The notes beneath the pieces are model-generated. The model was not told where the DNA came from and did no database searches. It saw only the letters and a program-made list of their open reading frames with translations. Positions 39,423 to 50,185 of a DNA stretch of 64,000 bases are shown here, in pieces. The stretch lies in contig CAVQQD010000002.1 of the NCBI GenBank assembly GCA_963714975.1, positions 480,001 through 544,000 of the forward strand, given 5' to 3'. The stretch comes from an uncultured Gammaproteobacteria bacterium. GTDB lineage: Bacteria > Pseudomonadota > Gammaproteobacteria > JAURND01. Both the position numbers and the translations under genes were made by a program. Positions within the stretch are counted from its first letter, which is position 1; each line of letters starts with the position of its first letter.

Positions 39423-40620
39423 AATTGAATCTTTTTCTGCAGTGGTAAATACCCACCAAACTCATCGCAATTACCCCAAGCCCCATCAGTAATAAATAGA
39501 GATTCACCTGGTTAAAATGGATCATAGAACTTAATACCAGCGGTAACCCTCCGATAATGACGGCGGTGGAAAAATTAACACTAATAGTATAAATACTATT
39601 CCGATAGGCTTCAGGAGATGCGCGTACGATTAATTGTGGAATCGCGATAAATACTAAACCTGATAAAGCGGCTTGGCTGTAATAAAAAATTAAAATCCAT
39701 TGTGGTGTACCGGCAATGAATAATATGCCCATTAGGATATGTAATGTGACAATCATGGTTATGATTAGAGGAATTTGCCAGTTTTTAAATCCAGATTTAA
39801 AGAACAATCGTCCTGATAGAAAACAGCTAAGACTGGCAATAATGCCGCAGATTAATCCGGTATGCGGGCTGTTAATTTGATATTTTTCTAAAATGCTAGT
39901 GCTGGTCATCATATAAAGCCAGTTAATGTTCACCAGGCAATTCGCAAAACATCCAAATAAAACCGGTTTTAGATGGTTCGAAAATAAATCATAAATACTC
40001 ACTTGATGCCTGCGCTCTGGAAATTGAATGGTGCGGCGGATTAAATACACGGCCAAACCAAAAATTCCGCCAAAAATAAACGGCAAGCGCCAGTAAAAAG
40101 ACATCGAACCGGTACTTTTGACCAATAAGACAATTAAGCAAGCGATGACAAAACCGCCAAAAAGGAAGGTATAAAGTACGCTGTGGTTTTTATAGCGTTG
40201 TTCTGGCTTGGATTGTTCAAAGAGCAGCACAATCGCTGAGCTGAGCTCACCACTGATCGACACGCCTTGCAGCATTCTCAAGGCTAACAGTAAGATGGGG
40301 GCCGCCATACCAATTTGGTCATAAGTGGGTAAGAAGCCAATCAACATCGTCACGACCGCCATAAACAACATGGAATTACGAAACACCCAAGACTTTCCTG
40401 ATTTATCTCCTAAAATTCCCCACAGCACACCACTGATGGGGCGGATGATAAATATAATGGAAAAACTCAGTGTGGCGAGAAATTCCTGGTGCGCGCTAAA
40501 TTTTAAAAAATTCCTGGCGATTTCCGGCATTAAAAAGGCGAATAAATAACTATCGTAGACTTCTAAAAAAGTGCCAGCGCAAATAATGAAAATGTGTTTT
40601 AAGGAAAAATTTTGGGACAT
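39316..40620 (-). CDS. MFS transporter (ProP/MHS-like)
   Basis: GTFLEVYD, RPISG..WG.LGDKSG, LPTYDQIG, RMLQGVSISGE, WRLPF. Confidence 0.9.
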   Translation of the reverse strand: MSQNFSLKHIFIICAGTFLEVYDSYLFAFLMPEIARNFLKFSAHQEFLATLSFSIIFIIRPISGVLWGILGDKSGKSWVFRNSMLFMAVVTMLIGFLPTYDQIGMAAPILLLALRMLQGVSISGELSSAIVLLFEQSKPEQRYKNHSVLYTFLFGGFVIACLIVLLVKSTGSMSFYWRLPFIFGGIFGLAVYLIRRTIQFPERRHQVSIYDLFSNHLKPVLFGCFANCLVNINWLYMMTSTSILEKYQINSPHTGLICGIIASLSCFLSGRLFFKSGFKNWQIPLIITMIVTLHILMGILFIAGTPQWILIFYYSQAALSGLVFIAIPQLIVRASPEAYRNSIYTISVNFSTAVIIGGLPLVLSSMIHFNQVNLYLLLMGLGVIAMSLVGIYHCRKRFNFLPCLWKKVPRGPHLIPSPACGRGCRRRVRVFEIA

Positions 40621-40625
40621 GGTGG

Positions 40626-41850
40626 TTAGTCATCTGGCTTAATTTTCTTTTTTCGTGCTGAAGCATGACGTTCACGCAATTCAATGTCAATGTACTTGTC
40701 GGTAATAGCGCTAGAGCTGTGCCCAGCGTCATCACGCACGTGCTCACGTGGGCGGTGCTTCACATCATCTGAAATCCCGGTATGTCTTAGCCAATGCACC
40801 GTGGCTGCTTTTAATTGTTCAGCTTCTTCAATAAATTGATCTTTCTGTAGGCGCAAAATTGCTTGATCAAAGCAATGTTGAACAATAATGCGAATTTGTC
40901 GTGTGCTGCTGATAGCACCGCGGCCGCGATTTTTTTTCAGTAATGGGGTGGTTTCCCCTGGATAGGGCAGGGGGGTAAATTTAAATATTGGCGATACTGC
41001 TTTAATGCCGCCAGCATATCATCACTGACACTGATGATGCGTTGTTTATTGCCTTTGCCTACTGTAGTAAACCACCAGTGACCATCTTGATCGTGGTGAA
41101 AATGCCCCATTTGGGGTTCCCAACGTTTTGACACCGCCAATTCTGAGATCCGCAGATACATACTATATAACGCTTTGATTATGAATAAACTGCGTTCGTG
41201 GATCTCGGGCTCTGCCTGTGCCATGAGTTCTGTGGTTTCAATGACGTAGGCCCATTGGGTCTCGCTTAGACGGCGGATGATCGGTTTACTTTGATATTTA
41301 CGTAGAAATTTACTTTTTTGCCGAATTTGCGTGACCGGGTTGACCTCGACATAGTTCTCTTGCAGTAGATAATTAAAAAAACTGCCGCTAATTGCAAATA
41401 GTGCCTGTAATGCCTGTTGCGAGGGGGTATATTTCGAGGGCTCTGGTTGTTCACCATGGCTATGTGCGATCTTAGTTACCGTCGCGATAAAAGGTCGCCA
41501 TTGCGGATTAGCGATCCGTTCGCCCAGATGTTGAGAAAGCGCGGCGCTTGTTTAACGCCAATCCAGGCATTTGGTGGTCTTTGACAGAATTCCACCCATT
41601 GTTCAATATCCGTCCGTTTAATAGCGGGTAGATTTTTGTTAGCCACTCTCCAAGTCCATTGCAGAAGACGCTCGATTTCACGCCGATAAGCATTAAAAGT
41701 AGCCTCACTGCCTCGATACATGCGTAAAAATTGGCAAGCATGGAAATAATCTTTTTGCTGTTCTGCCTGCAGGGTAAGTCGTGAGGCATGGTTATCCAGA
41801 TAATCAAGCTTGTCAAATAAGGGCTGAGGAGGCTGTTTTAGGTATTCCAT
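40626..41850 (-). pseudogene. Tyrosine recombinase/integrase, frameshifted as sequenced
   Basis: YRREIERLLQW, YLRISEL (R), GKGNK (K), HWLRHT (HxxR), AGH, TDKY; breaks near 41440-41520 and 40940. Confidence 0.8.
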
Positions 41851-41991
41851 AAGAGCTCATTGTAATCATTAGGCTAAAAAAAGAAACAGCCTTTTCTGGA
41901 TTATCTTGCCTTATTGCTAATAATCCTAAAAACGGCAGTTATACTAAGTTTGACGCAATCTAAATAATATTGAAATAGGAGGGGTACGTTC

Positions 41992-42519
41992 ATGAAAAAT
42001 ACCAGCTTAAAAATCTCTGCACTAACAGTTTCACTGTTAGGTTTTATGAGTTTTGCTTATGCAAATGACCTCAATGTGAATTTTGATTCTGTTGCTTCAG
42101 GTAAAAGCACTGAGCAGCGTATTGATGCCCAGCAAAACCCAAATGCCGCCAGCACAATTCAATGTAATATTTTATCCAATGCGCCAAAAATCGCTACAGG
42201 ACAATCGACAATTTGGTTGAAATCTGATCAAGGGTCTACAAATCGTGTTGGTGCCTTAGATAAAAATAATGATACATCCGCTGAATTTACGCTTAATGCC
42301 AATTCAATTCCCGGGAGTGTTTATCTCGATACTACTCCAGATTTGGTTTTAGAAAATAATGCTGCTTCTACCTCAGTACAGTGCACAGTTAAAAATGTTG
42401 CTCCTACTGCAGCCGGCGCTTACACAACGGCCCCTGCTGCACCTGGGACTTATCCAACCGAACCTGCTGCCCCCCCAGCTGCACCCATAGCGCCTACCCA
42501 GGATAATATGGGACAGTAA
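41992..42519 (+). CDS. Hypothetical secreted protein with Pro/Ala-rich tail
   Basis: Signal peptide ending AYA; AGGAGG RBS. Confidence 0.75.
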   Translation: MKNTSLKISALTVSLLGFMSFAYANDLNVNFDSVASGKSTEQRIDAQQNPNAASTIQCNILSNAPKIATGQSTIWLKSDQGSTNRVGALDKNNDTSAEFTLNANSIPGSVYLDTTPDLVLENNAASTSVQCTVKNVAPTAAGAYTTAPAAPGTYPTEPAAPPAAPIAPTQDNMGQ

Positions 42520-42555
42520 TCGTTGCTGCTAATCTTTTTCCTAAATTGTTTAATA

Positions 42556-42622
42556 CCCTCTCCCACAAATCCCCCCTACCCCCCTTTTTTAAAGGGGGGT
42601 AGGGGGGATTTGTGGGAGAGGG
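42556..42622. terminator. Perfect 32-bp-arm hairpin (family A composite) between convergent genes
   Basis: ccctctcccacaaatcccccctaccccccttt, 3-nt loop, exact inverse. Confidence 0.8.
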
Positions 42623-42634
42623 CTTCCATAAAAG

Positions 42635-43516
42635 CTATAACGCAGACCTTAGGTTAGAAACTTCTAGTTGTTGAGTGGAGTTTATTTGGGACGGCGCTGT
42701 AGTTGCGACACTCAGCATCCGATCCTGCTCTTGAGTAGTACGGGCCATGGCTCTTGCTAATTCATGCTGAATGGCAGTTGCCTGAGGATCTTGCATGCGC
42801 TGTGCGGAATTATAGACAATGCTAGCAAGCCAGGCAGGAAACTCTGCATTTCCCAGGTTGCGAATGCTTATCGCCACGGTACCATTGGGGCCTGATAATG
42901 TAGCCAGGCCTTGCATGTAGTTAGTATAGCTTTGGGAATCTTTCGCCAATGCTGCTGCCTGAATAGCCATCGCATAGGTCCACATGACATTGGAAAGAGA
43001 AGCTTTAATCTCCCTCTCCCCCGAAGATGGGAGAGAGTTGAGGAGAGGGGGCTCATAGTGCCCGTGTTGATATTGGACTGCCGCTTGGAGTGCTGCTTTA
43101 TTGGCTTCATAGGCAGATTTATTATGCAATGCATAGTAAGAAAGCAGATAACCCAGGGCCCAACCAGCAAAAGCAGTATTTTCGCTATAATTTGCTTGAG
43201 TGGGAGCATACCGGGTTGAAGTGAGTGCAGGCCGCAAATCGGCTGCAATGCGGGCCGCTTCTTTTTCTTGACTGGCATGCATGGCAATTAATAATTGACG
43301 CCCTTTCATCCATAAACCAAATTCCAGACCTTCTTTGCCTTCAGCCAATAATGTTTTGAATTGCTCCGCAATTTTTGGATTCGTGTAATGCTTTGGATTA
43401 GCTAATAAAGGCATACTCATCTGGTAGGCAGTTTTAGCTTCTTGCAAATATTTTCCTGCTAATTCATTCACATTAACTGTCACTTGTTTGTGTTCTTGAA
43501 AATAACGGCTGCTCAT
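42635..43516 (-). CDS. Hypothetical protein containing an in-frame family A repeat (43011-43051)
   Basis: ATG at 43516 with GAGGA RBS; repeat encodes PPLLNSLPSSGERE. Confidence 0.7.
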   Translation of the reverse strand: MSSRYFQEHKQVTVNVNELAGKYLQEAKTAYQMSMPLLANPKHYTNPKIAEQFKTLLAEGKEGLEFGLWMKGRQLLIAMHASQEKEAARIAADLRPALTSTRYAPTQANYSENTAFAGWALGYLLSYYALHNKSAYEANKAALQAAVQYQHGHYEPPLLNSLPSSGEREIKASLSNVMWTYAMAIQAAALAKDSQSYTNYMQGLATLSGPNGTVAISIRNLGNAEFPAWLASIVYNSAQRMQDPQATAIQHELARAMARTTQEQDRMLSVATTAPSQINSTQQLEVSNLRSAL

Positions 43517-43752
43517 GGGTTCCTCTGTTGTTGTTATGGATAAACTACTGATTGAATCAAGCCCCAGGAGAAATCCTGTGACCACGATCACGACTATGTG
43601 CATAATATCTCTCTTTAACTTCATCGCTATTTCGAGGTTGCTATTGTAGCACGGGGGCTTATAATGACAAGCTGCAGTGTGAGCGTGTCGAAGGGGCATC
43701 TTCTCCCAAGGGGAGAGGAAATAATGTTGATGATAATAATAGAGAGAGTGAT

Positions 43753-44559
43753 ATGAGAAGATACTTATTAGCTGGTTTGATGTTTGTCTGGTGTATTGGT
43801 TCTTTGGCAGAAGCGCCACACGGGCCGGCATGCCGTCCTGGAGAAATTACGACGGCAAATGATTACATGGCAATTCAGTGGTATCGTACTTCCGCAGAGA
43901 AAAATGCTTTATACCGCGAGATATTTTCCATGGCTGAGCAACAAGTTCGGGCAAAAAAACGCTTTTTGAAACTAGAGCCACAGCAATGGGGAGTTGTTTT
44001 TGATATTGATGATACGTTACTTGATAATAGCCTACACAGCTATGAAAATGCCTTGTACTGTGCTGGCCAACATTCTATTGGTTCAACCGCTTTCTTTGTG
44101 CGAGAAGTTTCCGTCCCGACACCGGGTGCTAAAAAAATTACCTGTGATATTCGCAAGATGGGTGGTTATGTGTCATTAGTGAGCAATCGTGATGGGAATC
44201 AGACCGATCCACGGACTGGAAAGAATTTACTCGACGCCACTGTAGAAAATTTAAAGAAAGCAGGCATTTGTTTTGATCAAGTAGTGCTGGCCAATTCAGT
44301 GAATGGGAATAAAAATCCGCGTTTCCAAGCCATTAACTCAGGCGAATATCCTGCGGATATGATTGTGACTCGCAAGCTGCCGGCGCATCGCGTCATCGCT
44401 TACTTTGGTGATAATATCCAGGACTTTCCCAATACATTTCAGCAAGAAATGAAGCAAGAAAATCCTGAAGGACAGGCTTATGCTAATTTTGGAATTTCTT
44501 ATTTTGTGTTGCCAAATCCACTTTACGGTAGTTGGCAGCATGCCACAAAAAAACCTTAA
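43753..44559 (+). CDS. Class C acid phosphatase / e(P4)-type 5'-nucleotidase (HAD)
   Basis: QWYRTSAE, VFDIDDTLLDN, GDNIQDF, LPNPLYGSW; signal peptide. Confidence 0.88.
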   Translation: MRRYLLAGLMFVWCIGSLAEAPHGPACRPGEITTANDYMAIQWYRTSAEKNALYREIFSMAEQQVRAKKRFLKLEPQQWGVVFDIDDTLLDNSLHSYENALYCAGQHSIGSTAFFVREVSVPTPGAKKITCDIRKMGGYVSLVSNRDGNQTDPRTGKNLLDATVENLKKAGICFDQVVLANSVNGNKNPRFQAINSGEYPADMIVTRKLPAHRVIAYFGDNIQDFPNTFQQEMKQENPEGQAYANFGISYFVLPNPLYGSWQHATKKP

Positions 44560-44568
44560 GGAGTATTT

Positions 44569-45090
44569 ATGGACACCCAGGAATTAAAAAATTTAATCCG
44601 CGAGATCCCCGATTTTCCAAAACCGGGTATCAACTTTTATGACATCACTACGCTACTTAAAGACAAGGTCGGATTACGAATGGCCATGGATGCTTTGGCT
44701 GTGCCCTATATTAAGCGACATGTCGATTGTGTCGTCGGTGTTGAAGCACGAGGTTTTATTTTTGCTTCTGCGATCGCTTATCAATTAAATGCGGGTTTTG
44801 TTCCAGCACGCAAAGCAAAAAAGCTCCCAGGTGAAGTCACACGGATGGTTTACGATTTAGAATATGGCGAAGAGATGTTAGAAATCCACAAAGATGCCAT
44901 TATTACCGGACAAAAGGTGTTAATTATTGATGACGTATTGGCGACTGGCGGCACGGCAGCTGCTACGATTGAGCTAGTAGAAATGCTTGGCGGGGAAGTA
45001 CTCGGGTTGGGGTTTCTGATGGAGCTTGGATTTTTAAATGGTCGAGATAAATTAAAAGGCTATGAAGTCTTTACCGTATTGCAGTACTAG
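44569..45090 (+). CDS. apt: Adenine phosphoribosyltransferase
   Basis: [28 protein letters not shown]. Confidence 0.96.
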   Translation: MDTQELKNLIREIPDFPKPGINFYDITTLLKDKVGLRMAMDALAVPYIKRHVDCVVGVEARGFIFASAIAYQLNAGFVPARKAKKLPGEVTRMVYDLEYGEEMLEIHKDAIITGQKVLIIDDVLATGGTAAATIELVEMLGGEVLGLGFLMELGFLNGRDKLKGYEVFTVLQY

Positions 45091-46470
45091 CTGTTGTTTA
45101 ATCTGCTCAAGACCTGGTTCAACCAGCAAGGGATAAGTTTCGCTAGGATGGGTAGCTTGGAAATCCGCTAATTGCTTTTGGCAGCGCTGCTGGATTTCGG
45201 GTAGGCTAGGTTTCTTATACACACACAGCCCTTGCTGGAAAATCGGTGTTAGTAAATCTTCATAATGCGTGGCAGATTGAACTAGTGGAATGTCGTCCGC
45301 ATTTAGGCCGGTAGGCAGATCGAAGAGTACATCCGCCAAATAGTTTTGATGCTGAAAATAACGGCGTACTTGCAAAATTCCTGGATAAGTTGCTTTGTTC
45401 GGTGAATCAGAGATTTTTATTTTATAATCCCAAGTGCCTGTGTCATTTGCGATGGCTGTTAGCTTATAAATCATATCCAAAGCAGGATGCTCATAGGCTG
45501 TTATTAGCCGAGTGCCTACTCCCCAACTATCAATGGGTGCGCCTTCTCCTTTTAACTTAGCAATACTGTATTCATCCAAATCGCCGCTGGCTAGGATTTT
45601 CGTTGCGGTAAATCCAGCAGCATCTAACCGTTGCCGGGCTGTGCGACTTAATTCTGCTAAATCACCTGAATCAAGGCGAATGGCTTGTAATGAGTAACCT
45701 TGGGCTTGCAATTGCTTACCGGTGTTAATGGCATTTTCAATGCCGGTAATGGTGTGGTAAGTATCAACGAGCAATGTTACCTGATCTGGAATGGCAGTAG
45801 CAAAACTGTTGAAAGCTGCAGCCTCATCTGCAAAAGCCATAATCCAGCTATGCGCCTGAGTTCCTTGCACCGGGATCCCATAAAGTTTACCAGCTAACAC
45901 ATTGGAGGTACTGTTGCATCCCCCAATATACGCAGCTCGGCTGGCGCTTAAGCCGCCGTTGGGACCTTGTGAGCGACGTAAGCCAAATTCGATTACTGTA
46001 TCTTGTTGCGCCGCTTGTCGCACGCGGCTGGCTTTAGTGGCAATTAAACTCGAAAATTGCAATAAATTAGTCAGCGCGGTTTCTAACAACTGGCATTGTA
46101 ACAGTGGCGCTTTTATTCTTAACAAAGGCTCATTAGGAAATACCGGGGTACCCTCGGGGATCACATCAATATCGCCAGTGAAGGCCAGTTGAGACAGATA
46201 GTGGAGGAATTCTTGGGTAAATAGCGGCTGGTGAGCACGATTTGTAAGTGAGCTTAGGTAATCAAGATCTGATTGGCTGAATTTCCAAGCGTGGATAAAA
46301 TCAATTACTAGTTCTAAGCCAGCACAAACGGTGTAGTTGCTGTTGAAGGGATTGTGACGAAAAAAATTTTGGAAGACGGCTTCTTGTTCGGCCTTACCCA
46401 AGCGCCAATAACCATAGGCCATAACTATTTCATATTGGTCAGTAAAGAGCGGGCTGTGGGCGGTTTCCAT
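45052..46470 (-). CDS. pncB: Nicotinate phosphoribosyltransferase
   Basis: FTDQYE, QLLET, EFGLRR, GTQAHSW, LVDTY, IRLDSGD, GVGT. Confidence 0.93.
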   Translation of the reverse strand: METAHSPLFTDQYEIVMAYGYWRLGKAEQEAVFQNFFRHNPFNSNYTVCAGLELVIDFIHAWKFSQSDLDYLSSLTNRAHQPLFTQEFLHYLSQLAFTGDIDVIPEGTPVFPNEPLLRIKAPLLQCQLLETALTNLLQFSSLIATKASRVRQAAQQDTVIEFGLRRSQGPNGGLSASRAAYIGGCNSTSNVLAGKLYGIPVQGTQAHSWIMAFADEAAAFNSFATAIPDQVTLLVDTYHTITGIENAINTGKQLQAQGYSLQAIRLDSGDLAELSRTARQRLDAAGFTATKILASGDLDEYSIAKLKGEGAPIDSWGVGTRLITAYEHPALDMIYKLTAIANDTGTWDYKIKISDSPNKATYPGILQVRRYFQHQNYLADVLFDLPTGLNADDIPLVQSATHYEDLLTPIFQQGLCVYKKPSLPEIQQRCQKQLADFQATHPSETYPLLVEPGLEQIKQQLVLQYGKDFIAF

Positions 46471-46490
46471 TGGTATTCCTTTAGCAGCAG

Positions 46491-46540
46491 TCACCCCTCA
46501 TCCGCCCTTCGGGCACCTTCTCCCACAGGGGGAGAAGGAA
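46491..46540. repeat. Family A palindrome
   Basis: cccctcatccgcccttcgggcaccttctcccacagggggagaagg. Confidence 0.85.
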
Positions 46541-46549
46541 TTATTCAGG

Positions 46550-47908
46550 CTATTCAGGAAGATCAGGTGGCAACATTCCCTTCATATTTTGCATCATGCG
46601 ATTCATTCCGCCACCTTTCATTTTCTTCAGCATTTTTTGTGTTTGTAAGAAATGCTTGATGAGGCGATTGACATCTTGGACTTGGGTGCCAGAGCCATTA
46701 GCAATTCGGCGTTTCCGGGAGCCATTAATTAAATCAATATAATGTCTTTCTTCCTGGGTCATGGAATTAATAATGGCTTCCATTTGCGTGACAAATTTAT
46801 CGTTCATCATATTTTTGGCCGCTTGAGGAATTTGTCCCATGCCCGGAATTTTTCCCATAATGCTGGCGATGCCTCCTAACTTGCGCATTTGCTGCAATTG
46901 TTCGCGAAAATCTTCTAGATCAAATTCCTTGCCTTTTTTAAATTTTTTCTCAAGCTTCTCTGCTTGTTTTTGATCCATCTTCCGCTGAGCTTCTTCGACC
47001 AAGGTGAGAATATCACCCATGCCTAAAATACGCGAAGCCATCCGTTCAGGATGAAAGGGCTCAAAAGCATCAATTTTTTCACCAACGCCCACAAACTTAA
47101 TCGGCTTACCGGTAATGGACTTAATGGAAAGAGCGGCGCCTCCGCGCGCATCGCCATCTGTTTTGGTGAGGATTACGCCAGTCAGGGTTAATGCATCATT
47201 AAATGCTTTGGCAGTATTCGCCGCGTCTTGGCCTGTCATACTATCAACGACAAATAAGGTTTCTGTCGGTTTAATTGCGGTATGAATTTTTTGGATTTCC
47301 GCCATCATCTCTTGATCAATATGTAAGCGGCCAGCGGTATCGATAATCACAACATCGAGCAGGTGGGTTTTAGCATATTGCACTGCGCCAGTAGCAATGG
47401 CGATGGGAGATTGGGAAGGGTTACTGGCAAAAAACTCTACGCCTATTTGCGTAGCTAAAACTTTTAACTGTTCGATGGCCGCGGGTCGATAAATATCAGC
47501 GCTGGCAATTAATACGGATTTTTCATTTCTGGTTTTTAATAAATTAGCCAATTTAGCCACAGTCGTGGTTTTACCGGAACCTTGCAGTCCCGCCATTAAG
47601 ATGACGATCGGGGCTTGGGCTTTAAGATTGAGATCGGTTAAGCTGGGTCCTAGCAGGTCAACTAAGGCGTCATTGACGACCTTGATTAGAGCATCGCCTG
47701 GCTTTATGCTGCGGATGACTTCTTTGCCAACCGCCTTACTGCGAATGGTCTCGGTAAAGGTTTTAACCACCGGCAGCGCAACATCGGCATCCAATAGCGC
47801 AGAGCGGACTTCCTTTAGGGTCTCCTGGATGTTTTCCTCAGTTAAGCGCCCTTTGCCAGTCAGGCGTTGCATGGTTTTGGTCAATTTACTCGATAATGTT
47901 TCAAACAT
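46550..47908 (-). CDS. ffh: Signal recognition particle protein
   Basis: MFETLS start, GLQGSGKTT, DTAGR, DARGGA, SRKRRIANGSG. Confidence 0.97.
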   Translation of the reverse strand: MFETLSSKLTKTMQRLTGKGRLTEENIQETLKEVRSALLDADVALPVVKTFTETIRSKAVGKEVIRSIKPGDALIKVVNDALVDLLGPSLTDLNLKAQAPIVILMAGLQGSGKTTTVAKLANLLKTRNEKSVLIASADIYRPAAIEQLKVLATQIGVEFFASNPSQSPIAIATGAVQYAKTHLLDVVIIDTAGRLHIDQEMMAEIQKIHTAIKPTETLFVVDSMTGQDAANTAKAFNDALTLTGVILTKTDGDARGGAALSIKSITGKPIKFVGVGEKIDAFEPFHPERMASRILGMGDILTLVEEAQRKMDQKQAEKLEKKFKKGKEFDLEDFREQLQQMRKLGGIASIMGKIPGMGQIPQAAKNMMNDKFVTQMEAIINSMTQEERHYIDLINGSRKRRIANGSGTQVQDVNRLIKHFLQTQKMLKKMKGGGMNRMMQNMKGMLPPDLPE

Positions 47909-48004
47909 ACAAATAATGAATCCTGTCTGGTATACTTTTGTAACGATTAGTGGAACCGCGCCAAGTATACCCCTAACTCCACTCAGGAAAAAGGCCCAAA
48001 TAAC

Positions 48005-48439
48005 ATGCAAAATGTGCTAACAGCTTTAGGCGTCAAAGAGCTTATTCATGTTTTATCTGCAATGGCCGCTTTTAGCGTTATCTGTCTTGGCACTCTGCAA
48101 GCCATATTTGTTGCGATTCAAGAACATTTGCTGCGTTATAATTATGCGGGTACGGTGATCAAAAAATTGCCTCCGTTAGAGAGGATGGAGACAATCCTAT
48201 TTCAACTCATTTGGCTAGGATTTATTCTGCTAAGTTTGGTTCTAATTAGCAGCTTATTCTTTTTCTATCCAGTTTTTTCCCCTTTCTTGTTAGAAAAAAC
48301 CTTATTAGCAAGTTTTGCTTGGATGATTTATGCTATTTTGTTATTAGGTCGTTATTTCGTTGGTTGGCGAGGTCGGAAGATTATTTATTACACATTATGT
48401 GGGTTTGCCTTATTGGTTATTGTTTATTTTTGTCAGTAG
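48005..48439 (+). CDS. YpjD/CcsA-like cytochrome c assembly family protein (short form)
   Basis: LPPLERME..LF, EKT, GR..GWRG; divergent from ffh as usual. Confidence 0.75.
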   Translation: MQNVLTALGVKELIHVLSAMAAFSVICLGTLQAIFVAIQEHLLRYNYAGTVIKKLPPLERMETILFQLIWLGFILLSLVLISSLFFFYPVFSPFLLEKTLLASFAWMIYAILLLGRYFVGWRGRKIIYYTLCGFALLVIVYFCQ

Positions 48440-48474
48440 TTTTGTTTAGACTGTAGAAATGGGAGCTTTTATAC

Positions 48475-49734
48475 ATGTATTTGCTGTTCCTCGGTTTGGG
48501 TTTCTTAATTTCCGTCTCTAGTTTTTTTTCAGGATCAGAAACAGCCATGATGGCAATTAATCGTTATCGCTTACGGCACTTAGTCAGTAAGCAGCATCCT
48601 GCAGCCATGCGCGTCAGTCGTTTACTGGAACGACCTGATCGATTGCTGGGAGTCGTGTTGATCGGTAATACTTTCACCAATATGCTTATTTCTGCGGTAG
48701 CCAGCTTAGTAGCCATTCATTTGTTCGGACCAGTTGCTGTTATTCCTGCTTCCATTGCGATGGCGCTGATCGTACTTATTTTTGCCGAGGTGGTTCCTAA
48801 AACCTTAGCTGCACTACGCCCGGAAAGTTTTGCGTTCCCTGCTTCAGGACTACTTGCAATATTATTAACTGTGTTATACCCCCTGGTTTGGTGTGCTAAT
48901 GCAATTTCCAATGGATTCTTGCGTTTATTCAATGTGAATATAAAATTGTACGGGAAGGTGCTGGACCATTTAACTGGGGAAGAAGTGCGCACGATTGTGC
49001 ATGAAGCAACCCACCAATTGACTACGGGTTCCAAGCATATGATGTTAGGAGTTCTAGATTTAAGTGCTATTACGGTGGATGATGTTTCAGTGCCGCGCAA
49101 TGATATTGTCGGGATTGACCTTGAGGATTCTTGGCCGGTGATATTAGAACAACTAGCCGCTTCAGAACATACGCGATTACCGGTATTTAACAGCAATATC
49201 GATCAAGTCCAGGGAGTTTTGCATGTTCGTAAGGCTTTAAATTTAGCGACGCAAGGGCAATTGAGCAAAACAACATTAATGAACAATTTGGAAGATGTTT
49301 ATTTTATTCCCGAAGGAACCCCCCTGAATGTGCAATTATTAAATTTTCGGCAAGCAAAACGTCGCATCGGCTTGGTGGTTGATGAATATGGAGATATTCA
49401 GGGACTGATTACTTTAGACGATATACTTGAGGAGATTGTTGGAGAATATACGACTAATTTAGCGGCATCTTATAAAAATATCCAACGGCAACCGGATGGG
49501 AGTTATTTGATTGATGGTGGAGCAAGCATCCGAGAGCTCAATCGGCGTTTTCAGTGGGGGCTACCCACCAGCGGTCCCAAAACCTTAAGTGGGCTGATTG
49601 TTGAATATCTGGAAATGATTCCTACTGCTGGAGTGGGCTTGCGCATCAGCGGTTATCCGATAGAAGTTTTAGAAATGGAAGAAAATACCATTAAGGTGGT
49701 GAGGATTTGGCCAGAACGGCGCCGTTATGAATAA
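48475..49734 (+). CDS. CNNM/HlyC-CorC family transporter (YfjD-like)
   Basis: FFSGSETAMM, LIGN, FAEVVPKT, CBS pair, VVDEYG. Confidence 0.92.
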   Translation: MYLLFLGLGFLISVSSFFSGSETAMMAINRYRLRHLVSKQHPAAMRVSRLLERPDRLLGVVLIGNTFTNMLISAVASLVAIHLFGPVAVIPASIAMALIVLIFAEVVPKTLAALRPESFAFPASGLLAILLTVLYPLVWCANAISNGFLRLFNVNIKLYGKVLDHLTGEEVRTIVHEATHQLTTGSKHMMLGVLDLSAITVDDVSVPRNDIVGIDLEDSWPVILEQLAASEHTRLPVFNSNIDQVQGVLHVRKALNLATQGQLSKTTLMNNLEDVYFIPEGTPLNVQLLNFRQAKRRIGLVVDEYGDIQGLITLDDILEEIVGEYTTNLAASYKNIQRQPDGSYLIDGGASIRELNRRFQWGLPTSGPKTLSGLIVEYLEMIPTAGVGLRISGYPIEVLEMEENTIKVVRIWPERRRYE

Positions 49735-50185
49735 TTTGTTCGAGCTGTTACTCGTTTTATTTATTGTCAGTATTTTACTGATGGCTGCTGTACCTTCCGG
49801 ACGGAAATTTTTAGTAGAAAAAACTACGGCTACCGCGATTAATTCTTTAGTGGCTGGTTTAAATTTTGCTCGTAGTGAGGCCATTCACCGTAGTGAAAAA
49901 CTGCTATTTTGTAAGAGTTCTAATCACAAAACTTGTGGTGGAAATTGGGCCGATGGGCAGCTGGTCGTGAACCACTCAGGAGTAGTTTTGAAAGTGTTAC
50001 CAGCAATCCCCAAAGCTGCGCATTTAGCGTGGAATAGTAGCGGCGGTAAAGACGATTTTCTGGAGTGGTTGCCTACAGGCTATACCAATGGTCAACGTGG
50101 CACTTTTTACTATACTGCGCCTGGAAGTCAAGCCAATTCACAGGCGATCGTAGTTTTAAACACCGGGAGAATTAGTGTGCAATGA
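49727..50185 (+). CDS. FimT/GspH-like minor pilin
   Basis: ELLLVLFIVSILL hydrophobic helix, FARSEAI, C..TC.GNW, terminal TGR. Confidence 0.75.
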   Translation: MNNLFELLLVLFIVSILLMAAVPSGRKFLVEKTTATAINSLVAGLNFARSEAIHRSEKLLFCKSSNHKTCGGNWADGQLVVNHSGVVLKVLPAIPKAAHLAWNSSGGKDDFLEWLPTGYTNGQRGTFYYTAPGSQANSQAIVVLNTGRISVQ

